A DNA stretch of 64,000 nt from Clostridia bacterium. Lineage in GTDB: Bacteria > Bacillota > Clostridia > Oscillospirales > CAG-382. The translations under genes and the position numbers were made by a program. The notes below the pieces were generated by a model. The model did not search any database. It worked only from the letters and a program-made list of their open reading frames with translations, and was not told where the DNA came from. The stretch lies in NCBI GenBank assembly GCA_017561145.1, contig JAFZDO010000008.1:489-64488 (forward strand), written 5' to 3'. Positions 26,820-38,100 of this stretch are shown here, in pieces; the first letter of the stretch is position 1; every line of letters begins with the position of its first letter.

Positions 26820-29800
26820 CGAATTTTTAAACAAATTCAAAAAAGCCTCCTTCAACGATAAAATGAAGGAGACCATAAGCAAATTCGATTCTTTCTCCGT
26901 TATGGTCGACAGAGAGCGCGTTACCGTCGCTGTCAAGGCGGAGCTTTCTTGCTACGTAAAGCCGAGCCTACTTTTCGCGCTCGAGGCAGAGATCAAAAGG
27001 GCATATGCATTAAACGGAGCAACCATCTATCCGCATTTCAACGTCGAATTCGAAGCATCTTATATGGATGGCGTTATCGAAACGTTAAAGCAGATATCAA
27101 GGCTCGATTACGGCTTTTTCGACGGCTCGACCTATCATTACGATAAAAGCACCGGCGTTTTTGTAATCAAGCTGCGCAAGAATATCACCTCTGTCATTCC
27201 CGAAGCAAACGGCGCCGAGCTCTTTATTATGCAATGCGTCCGTGACCAGTTCGGCGTAGCGATAATTCTTAAATTCGAATATGAGGAGATCGATACCTTC
27301 GAATACAGAAGCGACCGTGAGGACGCTTTGGCGCAAAGCATCCGCGAGCAAAAGTTTGAAATCGCAAAGGAAGTACCCAAGGATGCGCCGAGAGCATCGT
27401 TTATCGAAACCGAGGACGAGGAAGCCTATGATTTCGAAAAGGACGGTAAATATCTGGTTACCGTCGGCAAGATGACTCTTGATATAACCAAGCCCGACCC
27501 GATCTACGGTGAGCGCAGAAACTGGTCGTTCACCCCGATATCGAGCGTTAAAAACGATTCTGCCGTTTGTATCGCGGGTAAGCTTTTCCTTGTCGAAACA
27601 AAGGAAAATTACGAAACCGAAAAAATCACCTATACTATCTATATAACCGATAATTCCGCTTCTATCTCGGGCAAATTCAGCTGTCCGAAAAAGGAAGCGC
27701 CCAAAATAAAAGCGCCGATGTACGTTATGGTTTCGGGCAAAGCCGAAAAAAGACGTGTTTTCGACCGCAACAAGAGCGAATGGGTCGAGGACGATGAAAT
27801 CACCCTCGCTATAAAGGCGATTTCGAAATGCAAGGTCTACGGCAGACAGGACGAAGCCGAAGAAAAGCGCGTCGAGCTTCATTTACATACCAATATGTCG
27901 GCAACCGATGCATTGAGCGATGCCGCCGATATAATGGCGCGCGCACACGATTGGGGCATGCCTGCCGTCGCATTTACCGACCACGGCACTCTTCAAGCCT
28001 ATCCGATAGTTATGAGCGCCGCGAAAAAATATCCCGACGTCAAGCCTATCTACGGGATAGAGGGTTATCTTGTCGACGATACCGCACGCGCGGTTTTCCG
28101 TTACGACGATTCGGTCAACACAAGATTTAACGAGGATGAATTTATTATCTTCGATATCGAAACGACGGGACTTTCGCCGAAGGTATGCGGAATCACTCAG
28201 ATAGGCGCGTTAAAATATAAAAACGGCGAAATAATCGGCGAATTTTCGACCTTTGTCGATTGCGGAATGCCCATTCCCGAAAATATCGTTAATTTAACGG
28301 GAATTACCGACGAAATGGTCAAGGGCGCACCGAATGAATGCGAAGCGGTAAAGAGCTTCCTCGAATTTTGCGGCGACAGAATGCTCGTTGCCCATAACGC
28401 AAATTTCGATATATCGTTTATCCGCCGTGTCGCGGACGAAAACGATATCCCCTTTGAAAATCCCTATTTAGATACAGTTGCGCTTTCACGCTATATCAAT
28501 AACGACCTTAAAAAGCATACGCTCGATACTCTTGCGAAATATTTCAATCTCGGCGAATTCGACCACCACAAGGCGGACGCCGATACCTTGATGCTTGCAA
28601 AAATTTTCGAATGTATGTCGCGAAAGCTTGCGGCGAACGGTATCTTTACGGTCAACGAAATGAACGCCGCAATGGCAAACAGCTCCGACCCCAAGAGATT
28701 GAAGAGCTATCATATAATCATCCTCGTCAAGAATCTTGTCGGACTTAAAAACCTTTATAAGCTCGTGTCGAGATCTTATATCGATTATTATCACAAGCAT
28801 CCGCGTATACCCAAAACCCTGCTTTCCGAATACCGCGAGGGTCTGGTTATCGGCTCTGCTTGCTCATCGGGTGAGCTTTACGATGCGATATTGCAGGGCA
28901 GACCCGATAACGAGCTTTACCGCATTGCCGATTTTTACGATTATTTAGAGGTTCAGCCCGATTGCAACAACGGCTATCTTATCGAGGAAAATCAGGCAAC
29001 CGTCGAACAGCTTCACGATAACGTGCGCAAGATAATCGCTATCGCAAACAAGCAGAAAAAGCTTGCGGTCGCTACGGGTGATGTTCATTTTATGGACCCC
29101 GAGGACGAAATTTACCGTCAGATAATGCTTCGCGGCAAGGGCTTTTCGGACGCAATGCGCGAAACGGGAATATTCTTCAGAACCACGAACGAAATGCTTG
29201 AGCAATTTTCGTACTTAGGCGTTGAGGAAGCAAGAAGAATAGTTATCGAAAACCCCAAAAAGGTCATTGCCGATTTCGACGATATAAAACCCATCCCCGA
29301 CGGCACCTATACACCCAAGATCGACGGTGCGGAAGAGGAATTGCAAACCCTTTGCGAGCAGACCGCAATGGAAATGTACGGCTTTAAGGGCGAGCTGCCC
29401 GAAATAGTCCGCGCAAGAATGGATAAGGAGCTTACGTCTATCATCAAAAACGGCTTTGCGGTTCTTTACGTCATCGCACGCCGTCTTGTACAGAACAGCG
29501 AGGAGCACGGCTATCTCGTCGGCTCACGTGGGTCGGTAGGCTCGTCGTTTGCGGCAACTCTTGCGAAAATTTCCGAGGTTAACCCGCTTCCTCCGCACTA
29601 TGCCTGCCCCAACTGTAAATATTCCGAATTTTTCACCGACGGCTCGGTCGGCTCTGGCTTTGACCTTCCCGATAAGGACTGTCCCGAATGCGGCACGCGT
29701 ATGCGCCCCGACGGACACGACATCCCCTTCGAAACCTTCCTTGGCTTCCACGGTGAAAAGGCACCCGATATAGACCTTAACTTCTCGGGTGACGTTCAAT

Positions 29801-31182
29801 CGGAAGCACACAAGTTCACCGAGGTTCTGTTCGGCAAGGAAAATATTTTCCGTGCGGGAACGGTGGGTACGCTTCAGGATAAAAACTGCTTCGGCTACGT
29901 TAAAAAGTTCTTGGAGGAGGAAAATATTTCTCTCACCCGTGCCGAGCAATCGCGTCTTGTCTACGGCTTCGTAGGCGTACAAAAAACAACGGGACAGCAC
30001 CCCGGCGGCATCGTCGTTATTCCCAAGGAATATGAAATATACGATTTCACACCGGTTCAATATCCCGCAAACAAAGCGTCAAGCGGCGTTATCACGACAC
30101 ACTTTGCATTTGAATATCTTCACGATACGATTTTAAAGCTCGACATACTCGGACACGATGTGCCGACCTATTACCGTATTTTCAAGGATTTTACGGGTAT
30201 CGACGTGCGCGATATTCCGATGAACGATAAAAACGTTATCGAGCTTTTCGCATCGACCAAGCCGTTGGGCGTTACACCCGAGCAGATCGGCTGTCCGATA
30301 GGCACGATGGGCATTCCCGAATTCGGTACCGACTATTCGATACAGATGATCCTCGACGCAAAGCCCAAAACCTTTGCCGACCTTTTGCAGATCTCGGGAC
30401 TTTCCCACGGTACGGGTATCTGGCTCGGCAACGGTAAGGACCTTATCGAAAGCGGCACCTGTACCATCGACCAGATCATCGGTACCCGTGACAGTATAAT
30501 GGTTTACCTTATGCATAAGGGACTCGATTCCTCTATCGCGTTTAATGCAATGGAGCGTACCCGTAAGGGTAAAGGGCTTCTTCCCGAGCAGGAAGAGGCA
30601 ATGCGTCAAAAGGACGTGCCTCAATGGTATATCGATTCCTGTAACAAGATACAGTATATGTTCCCCAAGGCGCACGCGGCGGCATATACCATTGCATCGC
30701 TCCGTCTTGCTTGGTTCAAGATATATCAGCCGGTAGCTTATTATGCGGCTTACTTTACTATCAAGCGTGACTTTTTTGACGGCGAGCTTGTTATGAAGGG
30801 CAAGGCGAAGATCGAGGAACGCTTAAAGACGCTCCGCGAAATGCCCAACCCGACCGCAAAGGATGAAGGCAATATGATCATCCTTCGCATAGTTTTGGAA
30901 ATGCTTGCACGCGGATTTTCCTTCCTCCCCGTCGAGATCGGCAAGTCGGAGGCGACCTATTTCATTCCCGAAAACGGAAAGATCCGTCTGCCCCTTTGCT
31001 CGCTTAACGGCTTGGGCGAATCTGTAGCCGAAAAGATCGTAGAGGTAGTTAAAAACGGCGAAGCAAGCACCATCGAGGAGCTTCGCGTTAAGGCGCAGGT
31101 CAATAAATCGATCATGGACCTTCTCGATAAAAATAACTGCTTCGGCGATATTCCCGAATCGGATCAGCTTACAATGTTTTAA
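26812..31182 (+). CDS. polC: DNA polymerase III alpha subunit, PolC type
   Basis: 1456 aa. It has an inserted DEDD exonuclease (FDIETTG, HNANFD), a PHP domain and a Zn-finger (CPNC..CPEC). The start overlaps the ispG stop. Confidence 0.97.
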   Translation: MLNEFLNKFKKASFNDKMKETISKFDSFSVMVDRERVTVAVKAELSCYVKPSLLFALEAEIKRAYALNGATIYPHFNVEFEASYMDGVIETLKQISRLDYGFFDGSTYHYDKSTGVFVIKLRKNITSVIPEANGAELFIMQCVRDQFGVAIILKFEYEEIDTFEYRSDREDALAQSIREQKFEIAKEVPKDAPRASFIETEDEEAYDFEKDGKYLVTVGKMTLDITKPDPIYGERRNWSFTPISSVKNDSAVCIAGKLFLVETKENYETEKITYTIYITDNSASISGKFSCPKKEAPKIKAPMYVMVSGKAEKRRVFDRNKSEWVEDDEITLAIKAISKCKVYGRQDEAEEKRVELHLHTNMSATDALSDAADIMARAHDWGMPAVAFTDHGTLQAYPIVMSAAKKYPDVKPIYGIEGYLVDDTARAVFRYDDSVNTRFNEDEFIIFDIETTGLSPKVCGITQIGALKYKNGEIIGEFSTFVDCGMPIPENIVNLTGITDEMVKGAPNECEAVKSFLEFCGDRMLVAHNANFDISFIRRVADENDIPFENPYLDTVALSRYINNDLKKHTLDTLAKYFNLGEFDHHKADADTLMLAKIFECMSRKLAANGIFTVNEMNAAMANSSDPKRLKSYHIIILVKNLVGLKNLYKLVSRSYIDYYHKHPRIPKTLLSEYREGLVIGSACSSGELYDAILQGRPDNELYRIADFYDYLEVQPDCNNGYLIEENQATVEQLHDNVRKIIAIANKQKKLAVATGDVHFMDPEDEIYRQIMLRGKGFSDAMRETGIFFRTTNEMLEQFSYLGVEEARRIVIENPKKVIADFDDIKPIPDGTYTPKIDGAEEELQTLCEQTAMEMYGFKGELPEIVRARMDKELTSIIKNGFAVLYVIARRLVQNSEEHGYLVGSRGSVGSSFAATLAKISEVNPLPPHYACPNCKYSEFFTDGSVGSGFDLPDKDCPECGTRMRPDGHDIPFETFLGFHGEKAPDIDLNFSGDVQSEAHKFTEVLFGKENIFRAGTVGTLQDKNCFGYVKKFLEEENISLTRAEQSRLVYGFVGVQKTTGQHPGGIVVIPKEYEIYDFTPVQYPANKASSGVITTHFAFEYLHDTILKLDILGHDVPTYYRIFKDFTGIDVRDIPMNDKNVIELFASTKPLGVTPEQIGCPIGTMGIPEFGTDYSIQMILDAKPKTFADLLQISGLSHGTGIWLGNGKDLIESGTCTIDQIIGTRDSIMVYLMHKGLDSSIAFNAMERTRKGKGLLPEQEEAMRQKDVPQWYIDSCNKIQYMFPKAHAAAYTIASLRLAWFKIYQPVAYYAAYFTIKRDFFDGELVMKGKAKIEERLKTLREMPNPTAKDEGNMIILRIVLEMLARGFSFLPVEIGKSEATYFIPENGKIRLPLCSLNGLGESVAEKIVEVVKNGEASTIEELRVKAQVNKSIMDLLDKNNCFGDIPESDQLTMF

Positions 31183-31196
31183 TTCAGGTAATTATT

Positions 31197-32021
31197 ATGT
31201 TTGACAACCATTCACACACTCAATATTCGGGTGATATCCCAAAGGGCGAGGGCAATTCGGTGCGTGAGCTTTGTATATCCGCTATCGAAAAGGGCCTTGA
31301 AGGTATTGCAATTACCGACCATTTCGATATCGACGGTATTTACGACGGCTATTTCCCGCCGCTCGATCACGAATCGATAGCGAAGGATATCGCTTGCGCG
31401 CGCGAGGAATTCAAGGGCAAAATAAAGCTGCTTCACGGCATCGAGCTCGGTCAGGCAACGCATATGCCCGATGAATCGAACGTTCAGCTTAACAGTCAGC
31501 CCTACGATATCGTTTTAGGCTCTGTACACGCCGTCCGCGGTATAATCGATTTTGCCGATACCGATATCGCCGCCATGACCAAAAACGAATACGTCCGTCT
31601 TTGGGAGCAGTATATCGAGGAAATGCTCGATACGATCGAATGGGGAAACTTCGACGTTTTAACGCATATAACCTATCCTAAGCGCTATTATCTCGGCAAC
31701 GGAATTGCCGATTTTCCCGATATCAAAAATAAGGGCAGGGAATATTTCGAGCCGATTCTGAAAGCGGTAATAGAAAAAGGTATAACCCTTGAGTGCAACA
31801 CCTCGGGCTTGCGTCAACAAATGGGTGAATGTCTGCCGAACGAGGATCTTTTCAGATTTTATTACGAGCTCGGCGGAAGAGACGTAACCATAGGAAGCGA
31901 CGCTCACAAGGCAATCCACCTCGGTGCAAACTTCAAGGAAGCAAGAGAAATGTTAAGGGCTATCGGCTTTGATAAGCTCGCAAAATTCGAATCACGCAAA
32001 AAAGATTTCTATAATCTCTGA
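31197..32021 (+). CDS. PHP-family phosphatase (HisJ-type histidinol-phosphatase-like)
   Basis: 274 aa. It has N-terminal DNHSHT, ITDH and HxxxH-type metal ligands spaced as in HisJ/PHP. Confidence 0.75.
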   Translation: MFDNHSHTQYSGDIPKGEGNSVRELCISAIEKGLEGIAITDHFDIDGIYDGYFPPLDHESIAKDIACAREEFKGKIKLLHGIELGQATHMPDESNVQLNSQPYDIVLGSVHAVRGIIDFADTDIAAMTKNEYVRLWEQYIEEMLDTIEWGNFDVLTHITYPKRYYLGNGIADFPDIKNKGREYFEPILKAVIEKGITLECNTSGLRQQMGECLPNEDLFRFYYELGGRDVTIGSDAHKAIHLGANFKEAREMLRAIGFDKLAKFESRKKDFYNL

Positions 32022-32037
32022 TTTTGGAGGAAATAAA

Positions 32038-32517
32038 ATGAAAGAACGTATTCTTGAATATCTCGAAAAGGATGCGCGTATGTCGCACTCCGATATTGCA
32101 ACAATGCTCGGTATTACCGTTGAGGAGGTTGAAAAAACCGTAGCCGAATGTGAAGAAAACGGCACTATCCTTAACTACCGCACGATGATAAACTGGGACC
32201 TTGTCGATAAAAACACCGTTACCGCGCTTATCGAACTTAAAACGATTCCTCAACGTGATAAGGGCTTTGATTCGGTTGCAGAGCGAATCTGCCATTTTCC
32301 CGAGGTAAAATCCGTCGCTCTTATGTCCGGCGGCTTTGACCTTGCGATAACCGTTGAATGCAAGAATATGCGCGAGGTTGCCTTCTTCGTTGCGGAAAAG
32401 CTTGCTACTATCGAAGGCGTAACCGCAACCGCAACCCATTTCGAGCTTCAAAAGTATAAAGAAAACGGCGTCGTTTACGGCACCGAGAAAACCGACAAAA
32501 GAGGAAACAGCTGGTGA
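32038..32517 (+). CDS. Lrp/AsnC family transcriptional regulator
   Basis: The ATG at 32038 lies 8 nt after GGAGG. It has an N-terminal HTH (ILEYLEKDARMSHSDIATMLG) and a C-terminal RAM-like domain. Confidence 0.85.
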   Translation: MKERILEYLEKDARMSHSDIATMLGITVEEVEKTVAECEENGTILNYRTMINWDLVDKNTVTALIELKTIPQRDKGFDSVAERICHFPEVKSVALMSGGFDLAITVECKNMREVAFFVAEKLATIEGVTATATHFELQKYKENGVVYGTEKTDKRGNSW

Positions 32518-33683
32518 AATTTGACGCTTCAAAATGCCTTACGGCAAAAATAACCGAAATAAAACCCTCGGGCATCCGTAAGTTTTTCGACCTTTTGGGC
32601 GATATGAAGGATGTTGTCGGTCTTACGGTAGGTCAACCCGATTTCGACACGCCGTGGCATATCCGCAACGCGGGTATACGCTCGCTTGAAGAGGGACACA
32701 CCTACTATACCTCCAATAACGGCATTATGGAAATGCGCGAGGAGATAGCTAAATATCAAAAGCGTCGCTTCGGTCTTGAATATGATCCCGCTAAGGAAAT
32801 TATCGTTACCGTCGGCGGCAGCGAGGCGATCGACCTCGCAATGCGTGCTCTGCTCGAACCGGGCGACGAGGTTATTATCCCTCAGCCCTGCTTCGTTTGC
32901 TACGAGCCCTTGGCACGCCTTGCAGGCGCAACACCTGTTATAATCGACCTTTCGGCAGACAACGGCTTCCGTCTTACTGCCGAGCAGTTGAAAAACGCCA
33001 TTACCGAAAAAACCAAGCTTCTCGTTTTGGCTTTCCCCAACAACCCCACGGGCTCGGTAATGCGTAAAGCCGACCTTGAGGCTATTGCCGAGGTCATAAG
33101 AGAAACGAATATCTGCGTTCTTTCGGATGAGATATACGCAGAGCTTACATACGGCGAAAAGCACGTGTCGATCGCAACGCTTGACGGTATGCGTGAGCGC
33201 ACAATCGTTGCAAATGGCTTTTCAAAGGCTTATGCAATGACGGGCTGGCGTATGGGCTATACTCTTGCACCCGAATATTTCACGAAGCAAATGGCAAAGG
33301 TACATCAATACGGCATTATGAGCGCTCCCACAACGAGCCAATACGCATCTATCGAAGCGCTTAAAAACGGCGATGCGGACATTGAATATATGAAGGGCGA
33401 ATACGAAGCGCGCCGTCGTCTTATCGTAAGCGAGCTTAACCGTATCGGTATCGAAACCTTTATGCCCGACGGCGCATTTTACGTTTTTGCCGACCTTCGC
33501 AAATTCGGTATCGACGACGAAACCTTCTGCGAAAGATTGCTTCACGAGCATAAATGTGCCATTGTCCCCGGAAGCGCATTCGGCGAAAGCGGAAGAGGCT
33601 TTGCACGTCTGTCCTATGCGTATTCACCTGCACATATAAGCAAGGCAATAAAGCGCATAGAGGAATTTATTAAAACGCTATGA
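32514..33683 (+). CDS. Class I/II pyridoxal-phosphate aminotransferase (aspartate/aromatic type)
   Basis: The GTG start overlaps the Lrp stop. Motifs: IKPSGIRKF, NPTG, and SKAYAMTGWRMGY (the PLP Lys motif). Confidence 0.88.
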   Translation: MKFDASKCLTAKITEIKPSGIRKFFDLLGDMKDVVGLTVGQPDFDTPWHIRNAGIRSLEEGHTYYTSNNGIMEMREEIAKYQKRRFGLEYDPAKEIIVTVGGSEAIDLAMRALLEPGDEVIIPQPCFVCYEPLARLAGATPVIIDLSADNGFRLTAEQLKNAITEKTKLLVLAFPNNPTGSVMRKADLEAIAEVIRETNICVLSDEIYAELTYGEKHVSIATLDGMRERTIVANGFSKAYAMTGWRMGYTLAPEYFTKQMAKVHQYGIMSAPTTSQYASIEALKNGDADIEYMKGEYEARRRLIVSELNRIGIETFMPDGAFYVFADLRKFGIDDETFCERLLHEHKCAIVPGSAFGESGRGFARLSYAYSPAHISKAIKRIEEFIKTL

Positions 33684-34519
33684 AGCTAAAGGCATTCGCA
33701 AAAATCAACCTCACACTTGATATAATCGGCATACTCGAAAACGGCTTCCACGCATTACGCTCGGTAATGGTACCGGTTTCGCTGTGCGATGAAATAGAAC
33801 TCGAAATATCCGAAAATTTCGAGTTTTATTGTAATTTGCCGGAATTGGCAACAAACGATAACCTTTGTGTACGCGCGGCAAATTTGTTTTTTGAAGCAAC
33901 GGGTATAAAGGAATCTGTTTCTGTAAGGCTTACTAAAAGCATCCCCTTTCCCGCAGGACTGGGCGGAGGGTCTTCCGATGCCGCTTGTGTGTTAAAGGGC
34001 TTGAATATGCTTTTCGGTGAACCGCTTGATGAAAAAGCACTTTTCACCCTTGCCGAAAAATTAGGCTCCGACGTTCCGCTTTGTCTGCTTTCGAAGCCTG
34101 CGCTTTGCGAGGGGAGAGGGGAAGTGCTGACACCCGTTGACGGTTTTCCCGAATTGGATATCGTTATCGCAATAGGAAAGGACAGGCTTTCCACGCCGAA
34201 GGTATTCAGGGAATACGATAAAATGGGTCTCCCCATCGAAAACAGCACCAAAGCGTTTCTGTCTGCACTCAAATCGGGTAATATCCGCGATGCGTTATCA
34301 AAAACCGGCAACGCCTTTGAGCCGGTAACCGATATACTTTCGCCCGAAACCAAGCTCTTGCGCGAAGCGCTTCTGTCAAACGGTGCAAATGCCTCGCACC
34401 TTTCGGGAAGCGGCCCTTCGGTTTACGGCATATTTACAGATGAAATATCGGCTTCAAACGCCGCAAGGATATTAAACGATATGGGATATTTTGCCGTTTC
34501 CTGTAAAACGGTTGTTTAA
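33680..34519 (+). CDS. ispE: 4-diphosphocytidyl-2-C-methyl-D-erythritol kinase
   Basis: ATGA overlap with the upstream gene. Motifs: AKINLTLDI and the GHMP motif PAGLGGGSSDAA. Confidence 0.93.
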   Translation: MKLKAFAKINLTLDIIGILENGFHALRSVMVPVSLCDEIELEISENFEFYCNLPELATNDNLCVRAANLFFEATGIKESVSVRLTKSIPFPAGLGGGSSDAACVLKGLNMLFGEPLDEKALFTLAEKLGSDVPLCLLSKPALCEGRGEVLTPVDGFPELDIVIAIGKDRLSTPKVFREYDKMGLPIENSTKAFLSALKSGNIRDALSKTGNAFEPVTDILSPETKLLREALLSNGANASHLSGSGPSVYGIFTDEISASNAARILNDMGYFAVSCKTVV

Positions 34520-34527
34520 AAAAATAC

Positions 34528-34557
34528 GTATATTTTTCCTTTTTCTTGGGCAATAAT
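34528..34557 (+). promoter_or_regulatory. Candidate forespore sigma-F-type promoter for spoIIR
   Basis: GTATA, 16 nt, then GGCAATAAT. This resembles the B. subtilis sigma-F consensus as I recall it (GyATA ... GGnnAnAnT). It sits about 28 nt upstream of the ATG. Confidence 0.35.
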
Positions 34558-34584
34558 CGTTCATAACGAAAAAGGAGAAAACAT

Positions 34585-35154
34585 ATGAAAACAAAAATTG
34601 TCGCGCTGTTTTGCGCCTGCTTTATTCTTCTTACCGCAATCGATGCCTTGATTCCGCGAAGCGAAAGCAAGGTTTTCGATAACGTCATCAGATTGCATAT
34701 TCTCGCCGACGATAACAGCGATGCCGCACAAGGCATCAAGCTGAAGGTGCGCGATGCGATACTTGATGAGTGCGGTGATATCTTTTCGGGCTCGGACGAT
34801 ATAATTACCGCTTCGGCAGATCTTTATGAAAATATCAAAAGGATCGAAGATATCTCAAACCGCGTCCTTTCGGAAAACGGCGTAAATTATAAAGCGGCGG
34901 CAGAATTCGGGAACGAGGATTATCCTACGAGAGAATACGAGGGATTTTCGCTTCCTGCGGGCAATTATAAATCGTTAAGGATCAAGCTTGGCAAGGCAAC
35001 GGGTAACAATTGGTGGTGCATCCTCTTTCCGCCGCTTTGCACAAAAGTATCAAACGATCTTTCCTCCTCGGGAATAAACGAAAAGGACACCGAGGTATTT
35101 ACTAAACCGAAATATAAATTCCGTTTCAAGCTTCTTGAATTTTTTGGAGGGTAA
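34585..35154 (+). CDS. spoIIR: Stage II sporulation protein R
   Basis: 189 aa. Signal/anchor sequence, then VIRLHILADDNSDAAQGIKLKVRDAIL and WWCILFPPLC, both characteristic of SpoIIR. Confidence 0.88.
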   Translation: MKTKIVALFCACFILLTAIDALIPRSESKVFDNVIRLHILADDNSDAAQGIKLKVRDAILDECGDIFSGSDDIITASADLYENIKRIEDISNRVLSENGVNYKAAAEFGNEDYPTREYEGFSLPAGNYKSLRIKLGKATGNNWWCILFPPLCTKVSNDLSSSGINEKDTEVFTKPKYKFRFKLLEFFGG

Positions 35155-35156
35155 AA

Positions 35157-38100
35157 ATGTTACATCGCATTATCGGTGCTTCGGGTAGCGGAAAAACCAA
35201 ATATATGTTTGACCGCCTTGACGAGGCATTAAAGCGCGGTAAGCAATGCTACGTCATCGTGCCCGAGCAGCAATCGGTTTCCTATGAATCGGCACTTTGC
35301 GAAAAATTCGGTGACGGTGTGAATCTTCTTTGCGAGGTTCTCAATTTCGAGCGCCTTCCGAACCGAGTTGCCCGCGATTACGGCGGACTTTGTGTTAATA
35401 CTATCGATAAAGGGGGCGCTTGCGCCCTTTTGTCGCTTGTTTCGGAATCTTTAAAGGATGAATTGACCGAGTATTCTGCGGTAGCAACCGATTCTGATTT
35501 TGCGATCTCTCTTTATTCGCTTATTTCAAGAATGAAAATGGCGCTTATCACACCGCAAATGATACTCGAAGCGCTTAAAAACGGCATTCTCGAGGATGAT
35601 GAACGAATCAAAAAAAAGCTTACGGATATCGCGCTTATATATTCCGAATACGAAAAACGCTTTAACGATGAATTAAAGGACCCCCGCGACGCATTGACAA
35701 GGCTTGCTCAGGAGCTTAAAAACAAGCCCTTTTTCGCGGATACGGTGGTTTTCATCGATAACTATTACACCTTTACCGAGCAGGAATATGAAATAATCAA
35801 GCAAATAATCGCGCAAAGCAAGGACGTATATATCTCCTTTACCGTCGATTACAACCGCTCTGTCTTCGAAGAAAACCGCAAGGCAAGCGAGAGAGTGCTG
35901 ACGCTTGCAAGAAATATCTCCGACGATTTTTATACCGGTGAATCAAAGCGAAGCAAGCTTGAATCGCTTAAATACATAGAAAAAAACATCTGGGAAAGTA
36001 ACGTCGAGCCCAATAATATCGACGACGGCGCTATAAAGCTTATCAATGCCAAAAACCGCTTCGACGAGGTCGAGGCGGCGGCGAGCGAGATATGCACCCT
36101 TGTAAGACAGGGATACCGTTATAAGGATATCACGGTTATCGCAAGCAACGCGTCGAATTATGCCTCGCTTGTCGATTCTGTTTTCGCGCGTGCAGATATT
36201 CCCGTCTATACCTCGGCAAAGGAAGACCTTACCGCAAAGCCGCTGTTTGCCTTTCTTCTGGCAAGCATTTCGGTCGTTATCGAGGATTTTTCGCTGAAAA
36301 GCATCAAGCGCTACGTCAAAAGCGGATATACCGACCTTACCGTTTCGGAAAGCGACGCACTTTTAAGCTATGCAAGGGCGTGGAAGCTTCGCGGCAAGGC
36401 GTGGTATGGCGACAGCGAATGGACTCTCGATCCCGAAGGCTACCGCGAGGGCGACCTTACGGCGCGCGGCGCAAGATTGCTTAAAAAGGCAAATGCCGCA
36501 CGTGATAAGATCGTACCCGCTCTCTCGGCATTACGCGATACGCTTACACAAAAGGATCTTACCGTTTCGGTTGCGATGAAAGCGCTTTATAGCCATTTGA
36601 TATCGCTCGGAGCAGACGAAAGATTGCGCAAAAACGCCGAAAGATATCTTAAAAACGGCGACCGCGAGCAAAGCGAGCGTGAAATTCAGCTCTGGAAGAT
36701 ACTCATAAATATAATCGATCAGCTTGTCGATCTTGCGGGCGACTGGGTAATTACTCCCAAACGCTTGCAATCGTTGATCAAGCTTATGTGCGACTGTGTC
36801 GGACTCGGTGCGATCCCCGCAAGCGCCGATTCGGTCACGTTTGGCGATGCATCGCTTATCCGTGCAAACGGAAGCAAGGCGGTCATCGTGCTCGGCGTCT
36901 GCGACGGTGAATTTCCTGCCGCTTGCCGTACGGGCGGATTCTTCAACAGCGACGAGGCGGTTTCGCTCGAGGGTATTGGATTACAGCTTGCCGATACGTT
37001 GGACAAGCAATTGAATACAAACCGCTTCTTGGTCTATGCGGCGCTTTCTTCCCCGAGCGAAAGGCTTGTTCTCCTCGCGCCGAGAAGCGAGATATCCGGA
37101 GGAGAATTGCGTCAGTCGACGGCTTGGCTTTCTTTGGAAAGAATGCTTCCGTCGGTAGCTAAAAACGCAATCGAATTCAACAGCGACACTGCAATCTACT
37201 CGCGCGAATCGGTTGCCGCCAATTTCCCGTTGCTTTCGGAATCGCCCCTGCGCGACGAGATAGAGAAGGCGTTGGCAGACAATTCTCAACCCTTCTTTGC
37301 CGATACACCGCTTGTATGCGACAAAAATTCAAAAATCGATTTCAAGGAAGAAATGCTTCACCTTTCACCCTCGAAGTTTGAAAATTACGCAAACTGTCCC
37401 TTTTCCTTCTTCGGCAACTATCTGTTAAAGCTCGAGGAAAAAAAGATAAACGAGTTCTCTTCGTCGGAAATCGGTAATTTCGTGCATAAGATGCTCGAAA
37501 TGTTTCTGCGCGAATGCACAAGCAGCGGAAAATTTATACCTCCGTCCGAAGCCGAACGCAAGGAGATCATCGAAAGGCTTTCAAACGATTATCTCAATTT
37601 CGTTTTAGGGCCTGCCGCCGCTTGCGACAAGCAGTTTATGCACACCTATAAAAATATGGTGAAAACCGTTTCCTTTGCCGCCGAAAGCCTTGCAAAGGAA
37701 TTCGAAAAGAGCGATTTTACACCAAGCGGATTCGAATATAAGATCGGGCTTGCAAACGAGGATATCCCTGCGATCGAATACGACGTCAACGGAAAGCGGG
37801 TGTTCCTTCGCGGCTCTATCGACCGCGTCGATACCTATGAAGCCGACGGTAAAAAATACGTGCGCGTTGTCGATTACAAGACCTATGACAAGGATTTTGT
37901 CGCAGAAAAGGTTAAATACGGGCTCGATACCCAGCTTCTTCACTATATCTATGCCTATTGCGAAAAGAACGGCACGATCCCCGCAGGTGTCTTCTATTAC
38001 GGCGTAACGCTTCCCAATATCAATATCACGGGACGCGAAACGCAAGAGGAGCTTCAAAAGGAGATTGCAAAAACCGTTAAGCGAAGCGGCATTCTTATCG